NCBI GenBank assembly: GCA_030390025.1
Contig: CM059432.1
Span: forward strand, 152,584,001 to 152,648,000
DNA from: Squalus acanthias
Taxonomy: Eukaryota
DNA: 64,000 nt
Direction of reading: 5' to 3'
The position numbers were made by a program, and so were the translations under genes. Below, piece by piece: positions 49,139-61,000 of this stretch (its first letter is position 1; each line of letters starts with the position of its first letter). A model generated the notes under the pieces. That model was not told where the DNA came from and ran no database searches. It saw only the letters and a list, made by a program, of their open reading frames with translations.

Positions 49139-49366
49139 ACAGAAAATGCTGGAAATACTCAGCAGGTCAGGCAGCATCTGTGGAGAGAGAAACAGAGTTA
49201 ACGTTTCAGGTCGATGACTCTTCTTCAGAACATTCTGACGAAGGGTCTTCGACCTGAAACGTTAACTCTGTTTCTCTCTCCACAGATGCTGCCTGACCGG
49301 CTGAGTATTTCCAGCATTTTCTGTTTTTATTTTAGATTTCCAGCATCCGCAGTATTTTGCTTTTGT
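49139..49366 (+). mobile_element. Penelope-type inverted-repeat element with hammerhead cores on both strands
   Basis: Arms about 49139-49230 and 49233-49324. Plus-strand core CTGACGA-A-GGGTC(TTC)GACCT-GAAA-CG-TT at 49235-49263; minus-strand core CTGAAGA...GAAACGTT. Confidence 0.75.
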
Positions 49367-49680
49367 ACCTTGATGTTTATGTTGCATTCAAAACACCAAG
49401 CAGGTACAAGGAATATATGTTCACTGTATTGTAGGAAGCCACTGTGAGGAGATAGGAAAAACTTCCTGGGGTAAGTTTCAACTTTGCCGCCTGGGCGGTA
49501 ACCTGGCAGAGCGGATCGCACACCCCTTGTAGAACCCGCCTGATTTTCATGCCATTGAAATAGCTCCCCCCGCCCCTCTCTCATGTTGACTTTGTCTGAG
49601 GTATTCTGCCTGGAGGTGGGGTAAGAAGAAATGTATTTGTTGCAGTTAGGTCTGTGAACTTGTATCATTGGATTTGCTTC

Positions 49681-49722
49681 CATAAGAAATAAGAACATAA
49701 GAAATAGGAGTAGGTCATTCGG
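49681..49722 (-). mobile_element. CR1 tail-only fragment
   Basis: cataagaaataagaacataagaaataggagtaggtcattcggc. Confidence 0.65.
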
Positions 49723-51164
49723 CACTTTGATTGGCCCTCCCAGTTGGATTGTTTGAACCAGTGGTACTTAGAATAAAGTCTGGGAGCCATTGACAGTGCA
49801 TTCACTATGTCATCAGTGGCCCTCAAAAGATTAGTTGAGGCATATGTCTTATTTACAATGTGCCTGGCTATGGGATGTTCATCAAATTAGGATTCAATGC
49901 TTTTCCCTTTATATTTTCTTGCCCTCCAGAAAAATGAATGATATTCAAAGGCAAAGCTCCACAGAAGTGAAAGGGCCCTATTACATAAGACCGTTGAGTA
50001 GAATGATTGGGCCTGCAGTTTATTTTCTCTTCCTGTGGGGAAGGGCCTGGCTGCCATTTACCAACTGCTGACAGATGCATGATTCAATGTGGAGCTCACT
50101 GTGTAAGAGTTGCAGGTGCAGACCACTCCATGGTGAGTATGTTGCAACGTTCCTGAGAGTGGTATTGGTTAGGATTGTGGGCCTCAGCAAAATCTTAGTG
50201 CGTAGCACTGGTTTAAACAGAATCCAATTATATTACTTTTAAGTAGCAGCAAACAACCAGGCTATCCAAGCAGAGGTGGCTATAACAGCACAGCGTGGTA
50301 GGATATGGGTTCACACGCATGATTCGCCACGTCAGGGTTACCCATCTCAGCTGAGCTGTCATGGGGAGAACCCAGATCCCTCCCCATGCAGGGTGAAAAT
50401 TGGAGGAAGAATCACTGTGGACATCCTTCGTACTTCCTAGTGGCTGGATGCAGAGCAGCATTGGTGGAGAACTGAGAGCAGGTGCTTCACCAGTTGTGAG
50501 AGTTAGCATATGCCATGGGGACAACTAAAAGTGTAAGGGAGAAAGAATATGGGCAGTTTATGATACCCTGCCCCCTCTAGCCTCCTCTCTCTCTCTCCCC
50601 CCCACCCCCCCCCCAAATGCCTGTTCCAAGAAGTTGTTTGTCAGCTATGGGGACTGGTTGTGCCAATGGAGATTGTCATGGGTTGGTGCTTTGACTGCTG
50701 AAACATTGCAGTTATTTTCTCTCACTTATTGGGAGTTCTGCTAGCATTGTGACAGGAATCATTCCACAGATTTCTCTCCCTTACTCCTGTATCAACACAA
50801 AAATCTAAATAATTTTCAGCTCCTTTCCAAAAAACTAATCTGATTATCACTTAACCCCTCGAGTGCCGGAGCTGGGTTTTGCTCATCCGGGCAGAGTCAG
50901 ATTCCTGTGGCTGAGTCTTGTAGAAATCCCTATCCGTAGTTTTCACGCTGAAAATGATTGAGGGACCTATTTGTGATCTGACAATCCCACTTCTCAGGTG
51001 TTTTTCACTTGTCCAGATGGATAACAGGCCTGTTGAAGGAAAAGGCTAAAGGGAAGATGTTAAGTCGAATAGGCAGGTAAAAGGATCGGAAGCGATTGAA
51101 TGGAATATTATATCCTACAGAAAATAATGGCACCTATTGTATAGAAAGAATGGGCTGAACATGT

Positions 51165-51295
51165 TCTGGTATGGAACATGGTATAGACTAGAATGTTAAT
51201 AAATAGAATAGATCATCTTATAGTATAGAATATGGTATAGAATAGAATTTCACTGCACAGAATAGAACTTGTTATGGTGTACAATAGAATGTTGC
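51165..51295. repeat. Degenerate (TAGAA)n-like simple repeat
   Basis: Repeated atagaa/tagaat motifs. Confidence 0.5.
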
Positions 51296-52685
51296 TTAGA
51301 AAAAGTGGGAAAAACACAACGAGAGATCAGGAGGAAAAGGGCAGAAAGGGTGAGCACAGGTAAAATGTTTTCATTTTTGAATTTGAAACGAGTCGCCCTC
51401 CCCTGGTGCTGCTCGCAGGCGGTCTGGGGCATGGCCCGGGCACAGAGCGGCTGAGTGTCAGACACACAATGTTTTATTGCACTCGTTATTATCCAATGGC
51501 ATTTCTCTGTAACTGCCTCTCTGCCTTGTGCTTTTTTCAAATCTATATCAGTAAAAGTAATTTGCATAGAAAAGTGTACCACATGCTTACCCGACTAGCT
51601 CAAACAGTCTGCCAGATTGGTGTGACATTCCTATCGCTGTTATTTTAAAGGAGGCGTGAACCTATTTAAAATGAGCCATTTTGTGCTTTCTTATTACAGA
51701 CTCCAAAATGATAAAAATCACATTTGGTGCCCCTCGATGGGAGCAGGTCACTTTAACAGGGCGCCAGTGCTGGGACCCTGGGCCTTTGGTTTCATTTTTG
51801 TGGTTGTCTTGAGTCTTTGACCCACTAATGGCTGGGAAATCACTCACTGCCTTCAGGAGAGTGTGACTGGGGAGAGTGGGAAGCCCCAGCGTTGGGGCTG
51901 TGAAAGTGTTCGGCCTTGAGTAAGGCAGGGGAGAAGGGGGGAAACCAGGAGATCCAGTGGGTATGGTGAGACTGTGGGGAGATGGAAAGTAGTCCCATGA
52001 AGCTGAGGATGAAGTTACTTAAAGAGGAGGTACTTAAAAGGTTGGCAGTCCTCAAAGTAGAAAAGTCACCCGGTCTGGATGGGATGCATCTTACGTTACT
52101 GAGGGAAGTAAGGGTGGAAATTGTGGAGGCTCTGGCCACAATCTTCCAATTCTCCTTGGATATGGGGGTGGTGCCAGAGGACTGGAGGATTGGAAACCCG
52201 GCAACTACAGGCCAGTCAGCCTAACGTCGGTGGTGGGGAAACTTGTAGAGGCAATAATCCGGGACAAAATGAATTAGCATTTGGAAAATATGGGTGAATA
52301 AATGATAGCCAGCACGGATTTGTTAAAGGCAAATCGAGTTTGACTAACTTGATTGAGTTCTTTGATGAAGTAACGGAGAGGGTTGATGAGGCTAGTGCGG
52401 TTAATGTTGTGTATATGGACTTTCAAAAGGTGTTTGACAAAGTACCAATAATAGACTTGTTTGCAAAATTAAAGCCCATGGGATTAAAGGGGCAGAGGCT
52501 GCATGGATACGTAATTCGCTAAGGGACAGAAAGCAGAGATTAGTGGTGAACAGTTGTTTTTCAGACTGGAGGGAAGTATAAAGTGGTGTTCCCCAGGGGA
52601 CGATTTGGGACCACTGCTCTCTTTGCTATATATTAATGACCTGGACTTGGGTATACAGGGCACAATTTCAAAGTTTGCAGATGAC

Positions 52686-53207
52686 TAAGGAAGGATATAC
52701 TTGCCATAGAGGGAGTGCAACGAAGGTTCACGAGATGGATTCCTGGGATGGCGGGACTGTCGTATGAGAAGAGATTGAGTAAACTAGGCCTGTATTCTCT
52801 TAAATTCAGAAGAATGAGAGGGGATCTCATTGAAGCATACAAAATTATTACAGGGCTTGATAGGGTGGATGCTGGGAGAATGTTTCCCTTGGCTGGGGAG
52901 TCTAGAACCAGGGGCCACAGCCTCAAGATAAAGGGTAGGCCATTCAGGACTGAGATGAGAAGAAATTTCTTCACTCAGAGGGTGGTGAATCTTTGGAATT
53001 CTCTACCCCAGAGGGCTGTGGAGGCTCAGTCATTGGGTATATTCAAAACAGAAGTTGATAGATTTCTGACTAGTAAGGGCATCAAGGGATATGGCGATAG
53101 GGTCGGTGAATGGAGTTGAGGTCGATAATCAGCCATGATCTCATTGAATGGCAGAGCAGGCTCGAAGGGCTGAATGGCCTACTCCTGCTCCTATTTCTTA
53201 TGTTCTT
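52686..53207 (+). mobile_element. Nested CR1 3' fragment
   Basis: ORF 52715-53119, tail (TTCTTATG). TSD ATGAC at 52681-52685 and 53208-53212, inside the host FADD codons. Confidence 0.9.
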
Positions 53208-53863
53208 ATGACACAAAACTTGGAAATATAGTAAATAATGAGGAGGATAGTAACAGACATCAGGAGGACATAGACAGACTGGTGTAATGGGCAAACACAT
53301 GGCAGATGAAATTTAACACATAGAGTGCGAAGTGATACATGTTGGTAGGAAGAATGAGGTGAGACAATTTTAAAGGGGGTGCAGGAACAGAGACCTGGGG
53401 GTGTATGTACACAAATCTTTGAAGATGGCAGGACAAGTTGAGAAGGCTGCTAAAAGAGCAGATGAGGCTTTATTAATAGAGGAGTAGAGTACAAAAGCCA
53501 GGAAGTTATTCTAAACCTTTATAAAACACTGGTTAGGCCTCAGCTGGAGTATTGTGTTCAATTCTGGGCACCGGACTTTAGGAAGAATGTCAAGGCTTTG
53601 GAGAGGGTGCAGAGGAGATTTACTAGAATGGAACCAGGAATGAGGGACTTCAGTTATGTGGGGAGACTGGAGAAGCTGGCGTCGTTCTCCTTGGAACAGA
53701 GAAGGTTAAGAGGAAATTTGATAGAGGTGTTCAAAATGATGAAGGGTTTTAATAGAGTAAATAAGGAGAAATTGTTTCAAGTGGCAGAAAGCTCGCTAAC
53801 CAGAGGACACAGATTTATGTGATTGGTAAAAGAACCAGAGGTGACACGAGGAAGCATTTTTAT

Positions 53864-54805
53864 ATAAGAACATAAGAAGTAGAAGCAGGAGTAGGCCATA
53901 TGGCCCCTCGAGCCTGCTCCACCATTCAGTAAGATCATGGCTGATCCTCGACCTCAACTCCACTTTCCCGCCCAATCCCCATATCCTTTGAGTCCCTTAG
54001 AGTCCAAAAATCTATCGATCTCAGCCTTGAATATACTCAACGACTGAGCCTCCACAGCCCTTTGGGGTAGAGAATTCCAAAGATTCACAACCCTCGAGTG
54101 AAGAAATTTCTCCTCATCTCAGTCTTAAATGGCCGACCCCTTATCCTGAGACTGTGACCCCTAGTTCTAGATACTCCAGCCAGGGGAATCAGCATCTACC
54201 CTGTCAATCCCCCTCAGAATCTTATATGTTTCAATGAGATCATCTCTCATTCTTCTAATTTCCAGAGATTATAGGCCCAATCTACTCAATCTCTCCTCAT
54301 AGGACAACCCTCTCATCCCAGGAATTAATCTAGTGAACCTTTGTTGCACCGCCTCTAAGGCAAGTATATCCTTCCTGAGGTATGGAGACCAAAACTGTGC
54401 ACAGTGCTCCAGGTGTGGTCTCACCAAGGCCCTGTACAATTGTAGCAAGACTTCTTACTCTTGTACTCCAACCTCCTTGCAATAAAGGCCGACATACCAT
54501 TTGCCTTCCTAATTGCTTGCTGTACCTGCGTGTTAACTTTCTGTGTTTTGTGTGCAAGGACACCCTAATTCCTCTGGACACCAACATTTAATAGTTTCTC
54601 ACCATTTAAAAAGTATTCTGTTTTTCCATTCCTCTTACTAAAGTGAATAATTTCACACTTCCCCACTTTATACTCCATCTGCCAACTTATTGCCCAATCA
54701 CTTAACTGGTCTATATCCCTTTGCAGGCTCTTTGGGTCCTCCTCACCGCTTACTTTCTCACTGAGCTTTGTATCATCAGCAAACTTGGATACATTACACT
54801 CGGTG
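53864..54805 (-). mobile_element. Nested CR1 3' fragment
   Basis: Tail ataagaacataagaa. Similar to 10153-12000. Confidence 0.9.
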
Positions 54806-54893
54806 CGCAGTAAATTGTTGTGATCTGAAATGTACTGCCTGAAAGGGTGGTGGAAACAGATTCACTAGTAACATTCAAAAGAGAATTGGATAA

Positions 54894-57741
54894 TCGAATC
54901 ATAGAATCATAGAAAGTTACAGCACGGAAGGAGACCATTTCGGCCCATCGTGTCTGCGCCGGCCAACAAAGAGCTATCCAACCTAATCCCACTTCCCAGC
55001 TCTTGGTCCGTAGCCCTGCAGGTTACAGCATCCCAAGTGCACATCCAAGTACTTTTTAAATGTGGTTAGGGTTTCTGCCTCTACCACCCTTTCAGGCAGT
55101 GAGTTCCAGACCCCCACAACCCTCTGGGTGAAGAAATTTCCCCTCAAATCCCCTCTAAACCTTCCCCCAATTACATTAAATCTGTGCCCCCTGGTTTTTG
55201 ACCCCTCTGCTAAGGGAAATAGGTCCTTTCTATCCACTTTATCTAGGCCCCTCATAATTTTTTACACCTCAATAAGGTCTCCCCTCAGCCTCCTCTGTTC
55301 CAAGGAAAACAAACCCAGCCTATCCAGTCTTTCCTCATAGCTGAGATTCTCTACTCCCGGCAACATCCTTGTAAATCTCCTCTGTACCCTCTCTAGTGCA
55401 ATCACATCTTTCCTGTAATGTGGTGACCAGAACTGCACGCAGTAATCTAGCTGAGGCCTAACTAGTGTCTTATACAGTTGAAGCATAACCCCCCTGCTCT
55501 TGTATTCTATGCCATGGCTAATAAAGGCAAGCATTCCGTATGCCTTCTTAACTACCTTATCTACCTGGCCTGCTACCTTCAGGGATCTGTGGACATGCAC
55601 TCCAAGGTCCCTTTGTTCCTCTACACTACTCAGTGTCCTACCATTTAATGTGTATTCCCTTTCCTTGTTAGCCCTCTCCAAATGCATTACCTCACACTTC
55701 TCCGGATTGAATTCCATTTGCCACTGTTCTGCCCACCTGACCAATTTATTGATATCTTCCTGCAGTCTACAGCTTCCTTCTTCAGTATCAACCACACAGC
55801 CGATTTTAGTATCATCTGCAAACTTCTTAATCATACCCCCTACATTCAAGTCTAGATCATTGATATATACCACAAAAAGCAAGGGACCTAGTACTGAGCC
55901 TTGCGGAACCCCACTGGAAACAGCCTTCCAATCACAAAAACACCCATCAACCATTACCCTCTGCTTCCTGTCTCCGAGTCAGTTTTGAATCCAACTTGAC
56001 ACTTTGCCCTGGATCCCATGGGCTTTTAACTTCGTGACCAGTCTGCCATGTGGAACCTTATCAAAAGCCTTGCTAAAGTCCATATACACTACATCAAACG
56101 CACTACCCTCATCTACCCTCCTTGTTACCTCCTCAAAAAATTCAATCAAGTTTGTCAGACACGACCTTCCCTTAACAAATCCGTGCTGACTATCCTTGAT
56201 TAATCCGTGTCTTTCTAAATGAAGATTTATCCTGTCCTTCAGAATTCTTTCCAATAATTTTCCCACCACCGAGGTTAGTCTGACTGGCCTGTAATTACTC
56301 AGTCTATCCTTTTCTCCCTTTTTAAACAAGGGTACCACATTAGCAGTCCTCCAGCACCACACCTGAAGCCAGAGAGGATTGGAAAATGATGGTCAGTGCC
56401 TTTGCTATTTCCTCTTTTGCTTCGTTTAACAGCCTGGGATACATTTCATCCGGACCTGGGGATTTATCCACTTTTAAAGCTGCTAAACCCCTTAATACTT
56501 CCTCTCTCACTATGTTTATTTCATCTAATATTTCACACTCCTCCTCCCAGATAGCAATGTCTGCTTCGCCCCTCTCCTTTGTGAAAACAGACGCAAAGTA
56601 TTCATTAAGAACCCGACAGACGTCTCCCGCCTCCACACACACATTACCCTCATGATCTCCAATAGGCCCTACCCTTGCTTTAGTTATCCTCTTACTCTTA
56701 ATATATTTATAAAACATCTTTGGGTTTTCCTTGATTTTACTTGCCAAGAATTTTTCATGCTCCCTCTTTGCTTTCCTAATATCCTTTTTAATTGCACCCC
56801 TGCATTTTCTGTACTCCTCTAAAGATTCTGGAGTATTTAGCCCTCGGTAATACCCCTGTCATACGCCTCCCTTTTTTTCTTTATCCTACCCTGTATGTCC
56901 CTAGACATCCAGGGGGCTCTAGATTAGTTAGTCCCACCTTTTTTCTTTAAGGGCACATATTTGGTCTGAACCCTCCGGATCTCCTCCTTGAATGCCTCCC
57001 ACTGCTCTGACACTGATTTACCTTCAAGTAGCTGTTTCCAGTCCACTATGGCTAAATCCCCTCTGAGCTTAGCAAAATTTGCTTTTCCGCAACTTAGAAT
57101 TTTTATTCCTGGTCTATCCTTGTCCTTTTCCATAACTACCTTAAATCTAACAGAATTATGGTCACTAGCACCAAAATGCTCCCCCACTGATACGCCTTCT
57201 ACCTGCCCAGCTTCATTCCCTAAAGCTAAGTCCAGAACCGCCCCCTCCCTTGTTGGGCTTGCTACATACTGGCTAAAAAAGTTCTCCTGGATGCATTTTA
57301 GGAATTCCGCACCTTCTATACCCTTCACACTAATTTTATCCCAGTTACTATTGGGGTAGTTGAAATCCCCTACTATTACTGCCCTATAGTTTTTACACTT
57401 CTCAGAAATTTGTCTATATATTTGCTCTTCTATCTCCCTCTCACTGTTTGGGGATCTGTAGTACACCCCCAGCAATGTGAGCGCCCCTTTTTTGTTTTTC
57501 ATATCGACCCATATGGCCTCGTTTGATGATCCCTCCAACATATCATCCCTCCTCACAGCTGTAATAGTTTCTCTAATCAATACCGCAACCCCCGATCTCC
57601 CTTTTTACCTCCCTCTCTATCCCGTCTGAAAATCCTGTAGCCAGGAATGTTGAGCTGCCATACCTGCCCCTCTTTCAGCCACGTCTCTGTAATAGCTATA
57701 ATATCATAGTCCCAAGTATCTAGCTGTGCCCTCAGCTCATC
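54894..57741 (-). mobile_element. Nested CR1, nearly complete ORF2 (APE+RT) with stops/frameshifts
   Basis: ORFs 56924-57580, 56340-56747, 55979-56362, 55262-55954 and 54983-55255. TSD TGGATAA at 54887-54893 and 57742-57748. Confidence 0.93.
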
Positions 57742-58015
57742 TGGATAAATACTTGAAGGGAATTTTTTTTACAAGGCTTTGGGGAATGAGATGGGGAGGT
57801 GGACTAATTGGATCGTTCTACCAAAGTGCTGGCACAGACACGATGAGCCGAATGGCCTCTTTCAGTGCTGTATCATTCTATGATTATTATTAGTAATATT
57901 CAGGTAGGGTCAAAGTTGGAATTCGGGGTGAGTCTCCACGCGTCTGAGGATTGGAAGCTGAGAGAATGTGTGGTTAGAAGCCAGGAGGTATTGGGGATGT
58001 GGCTAGAAGCTGCGT

Positions 58016-61000
58016 GGTATTGAGGTTGGGGCTAGGAGCCGGGAGATATTGAGGTTGGGGCTAGGAGCTGGGAGTTATTGAGGTTGGGGCTAGGAGCCGG
58101 GAGATATTGAGGTTGGGGTTAGGAGCTGGGAGTTATTGAGGTTGGGGCTGGGAGCTGGGAGTTATTGAGGTTGGGGCTAGGAGCCGGGAGTTATTGAGGT
58201 TGGGACTAGGAGCTGGGAATTATTGAGGTTGGGGTCAGGAGCCGGGAGTTATTGAGGTTGGGGTTAGGAGCTGGGAGATATTGAGGTTGGGGCTAGGAGC
58301 CGGGAATTATTGAGGTTGGGGTTAGGAGCTGGGAGATATTGAGGTTGGGGTTAGGAGCTGGGAGATATTGAGGTTGGGGCTAGGAGCCGGGAATTATTGA
58401 GGTTGGGGTTAGGAGCTGGGAGATATTGAGGTTGGGGTTAGGAGCTGGGAATTATTGAGGTTGGGGCTAGGAGCTGGGAATTATTGAGGTTGGGGCTAGG
58501 AGCCGGGAATTATTGAGGTTGGGGTTAGGAGCTGGGAGATATTGAGGTTGGGGCTAGGAGCCGGGAATTATTGAGGTTGGGGTTAGGAGCTGGGAGATAT
58601 TGAGGTTGGGGCTAGGAGCCGGGAATTATTGAGGTTGGGGTTAGGAGCTGGGAGATATTGAGGTTGGGGCTAGGAGCTGGGAATTATTGAGGTTGGGGCT
58701 AGGAGCCGGGAATTATTGAGGTTGGGGTTAGGAGCTGGGAGATATTGAAAAAAAAAAAAAAAAATTATTACCAATGCATCTACAATCCCTACTGCCACTT
58801 CCTTCAAGACTCTAGGATGTAAGCCATCAGGTCCAGGTGATTTATCCGCCTTGAGTCCCATTATTTTACCGAGTACCACTTCCTTAGTGATTTTGATCGT
58901 GTTTAGCTCCTCTCCCCCTATAGCCCCCTGTTTGTCCAGTGTTGGGATATTCTTAGTGTCCTCTACTGTAAAGACTGATACAAAATATTCATTCAGTGTT
59001 TTTGCCATCTCCATATTTCCCACCATTAATTTCCCGGTCTCATCCTCTAAGGGACCAACATTTACTTTAGCCACCCTTTTTCTTTTTATATAACTATAAA
59101 AACTCTTACTGTCTGTTTTTATATTTTTTGCTAATTTACTTTCATAATCTATCTTCCCTTTCTTAATCAATCTTTTTGTTATTTTTTGCTGCCTTTTAAA
59201 GTTTTCCCAATCCTCTGTCCTCCCACTAGATTTCGCTACCTTATATGCCCTTGTTTTTAGTCGAATACTATCCTTAATTTCTTTACTTAGCCACGGATGA
59301 CTGTCCTTTCTTTTACACCCTTTTCTTTTCAGTGGAATATATATTTTTTGGAAGTTGTAAAATAACTCCTTGAATGTACACCACTGATCATGTGTCGTCT
59401 TACCCTTTAATCTATTTTCCCAATCCACTCTACTCAATTCCGCTCGCATACCTTCATAGTCTCCTTTATTCAAGCTTAGCACGCTTGTTTGAGATCCAAC
59501 CTTCTCACCCTCTAATTGAATATGGAATTCAACCATGTTATGGTCACTCATTCCAAGGGGATCCTTTACTAGGACATTTTTAATTAATCCTGTCTCGTTA
59601 CACAGGACCAGATCTAAGGTTGCTTGCCCCCTGGTCGGTTCAGTTACATACTGCTCAAGAAACCCATCCCTAATACACTCAATGAACTCATCCTCAAGGC
59701 AGCCCTGCCCCATTTGATTTGTCCAATTAATATGATAGTTAAAATCCCCCATAATTATAGATGTTCCCTTATTACATGCCTCAACTATTTCCTGATTGAT
59801 ACTCCGTCCAATAGAGTTGCAACTGTTCGGAGGCCTATAGACTACGCCCACTAATGTTTTTTTCCCCTTATTATTCCTTATCTCCACCCAAACTGTTTCA
59901 TTATCATGATTTTTTGACCCAATATCATTACTCTGTATTACAGTGATTCCTTCCTTTATTAACATAGCCACCCCACCTCCCCTTCCTTCCTGCCTGTCCT
60001 TCCTGATCGTTAAATAACCTGGTATGTTTAATTCCCAGGCATTGTCACCCTGCAGCCATGTTTCTGTAATGGCCACAATATCATAACCATATGTAGTTAT
60101 TTGTGCCATTAACTCGTCTATTTTGTTACGAATGCTACGTGCATTCAGATAGAGAACTTTCAAATATGCTTTGTGGCACTTAGTTCCTGCTTTTTCACTT
60201 TTTACCAGTTTACCTTTTACTCCACACACTCTGTCCCTTCCTGCCACGCTAGGAAACAGTAACAGGACATTTGGATAATCATAATTTAATAGGACAAAGT
60301 CAGCATGGTTTTACGAAGGGGAAGTCATGTTTGACAAATTTGCTGGAGTTCTTTGAGGAAGTAACATATAGAGTGGATAAAGGGGAACCAGTGGACGTAG
60401 TGTATTTAGACTTCCAAAAGGCATTTGACAAGGTGCCACACAAAAGATTATTGCTTAAGGTAAAAAATCACGGGATTGGGGGTAATATTCTGGCATGGAT
60501 AGAGGATTGGCTATCTAACAGAAAGCAAAGAGTTGGGATAAATGGTTCATTCTCAGACTGGCAATCAGTAACTAGTGGTGTTCCACAGGGGTCAGTGCTG
60601 GGTCCCCAACTCTTCACAATCTATATTAACGATTTGGAGGAAGGGACCAAGTGTAACATATCAAAATTTGCAGATGATACAAAGATGGGAGGGAAAGTAG
60701 TGAGTGAGGAGGACATAAAAAAACTGCAAGGGGACATAGACAGGCTAAGTAAGTGGGCAGAGATTTGGCAGATGGAATACAACACTGGAAAGTGTGAGGT
60801 GATGCACTTTGGCAGGAAAAATCCTAGAGCAATTTATTATCTTAATGGCAAGAAACTGGAGAGTACTGAAGTGCAAAGGGATCTGGGGGTCCTGGTGCAC
60901 GAAACTCAAAAGGTTAGTATGCAGGTGCAGCAAGTGATTAAGAAGGCAAATGGAATGTTGGCTTTCATTGCTAGGGGGATAGAATATAAAAATAGGGAGG

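Larger units (their letters stand above)
52005..57885 (+). mobile_element. Old degenerate CR1 in four pieces (52005-52685, 53213-53863, 54806-54893, 57749-57885) separated by three younger CR1 insertions
   Basis: Pieces are colinear from KSPG through FADD and QRRFTRM to the 3' UTR/tail ctatgatt. Confidence 0.85.

Noticed and set aside
58670..58765. C-terminal extension FFFFFQYLPAPNPNL... of the 525-aa ORF
   Set aside because: Read-through from the inverted CR1 segment into the A-run and minisatellite.
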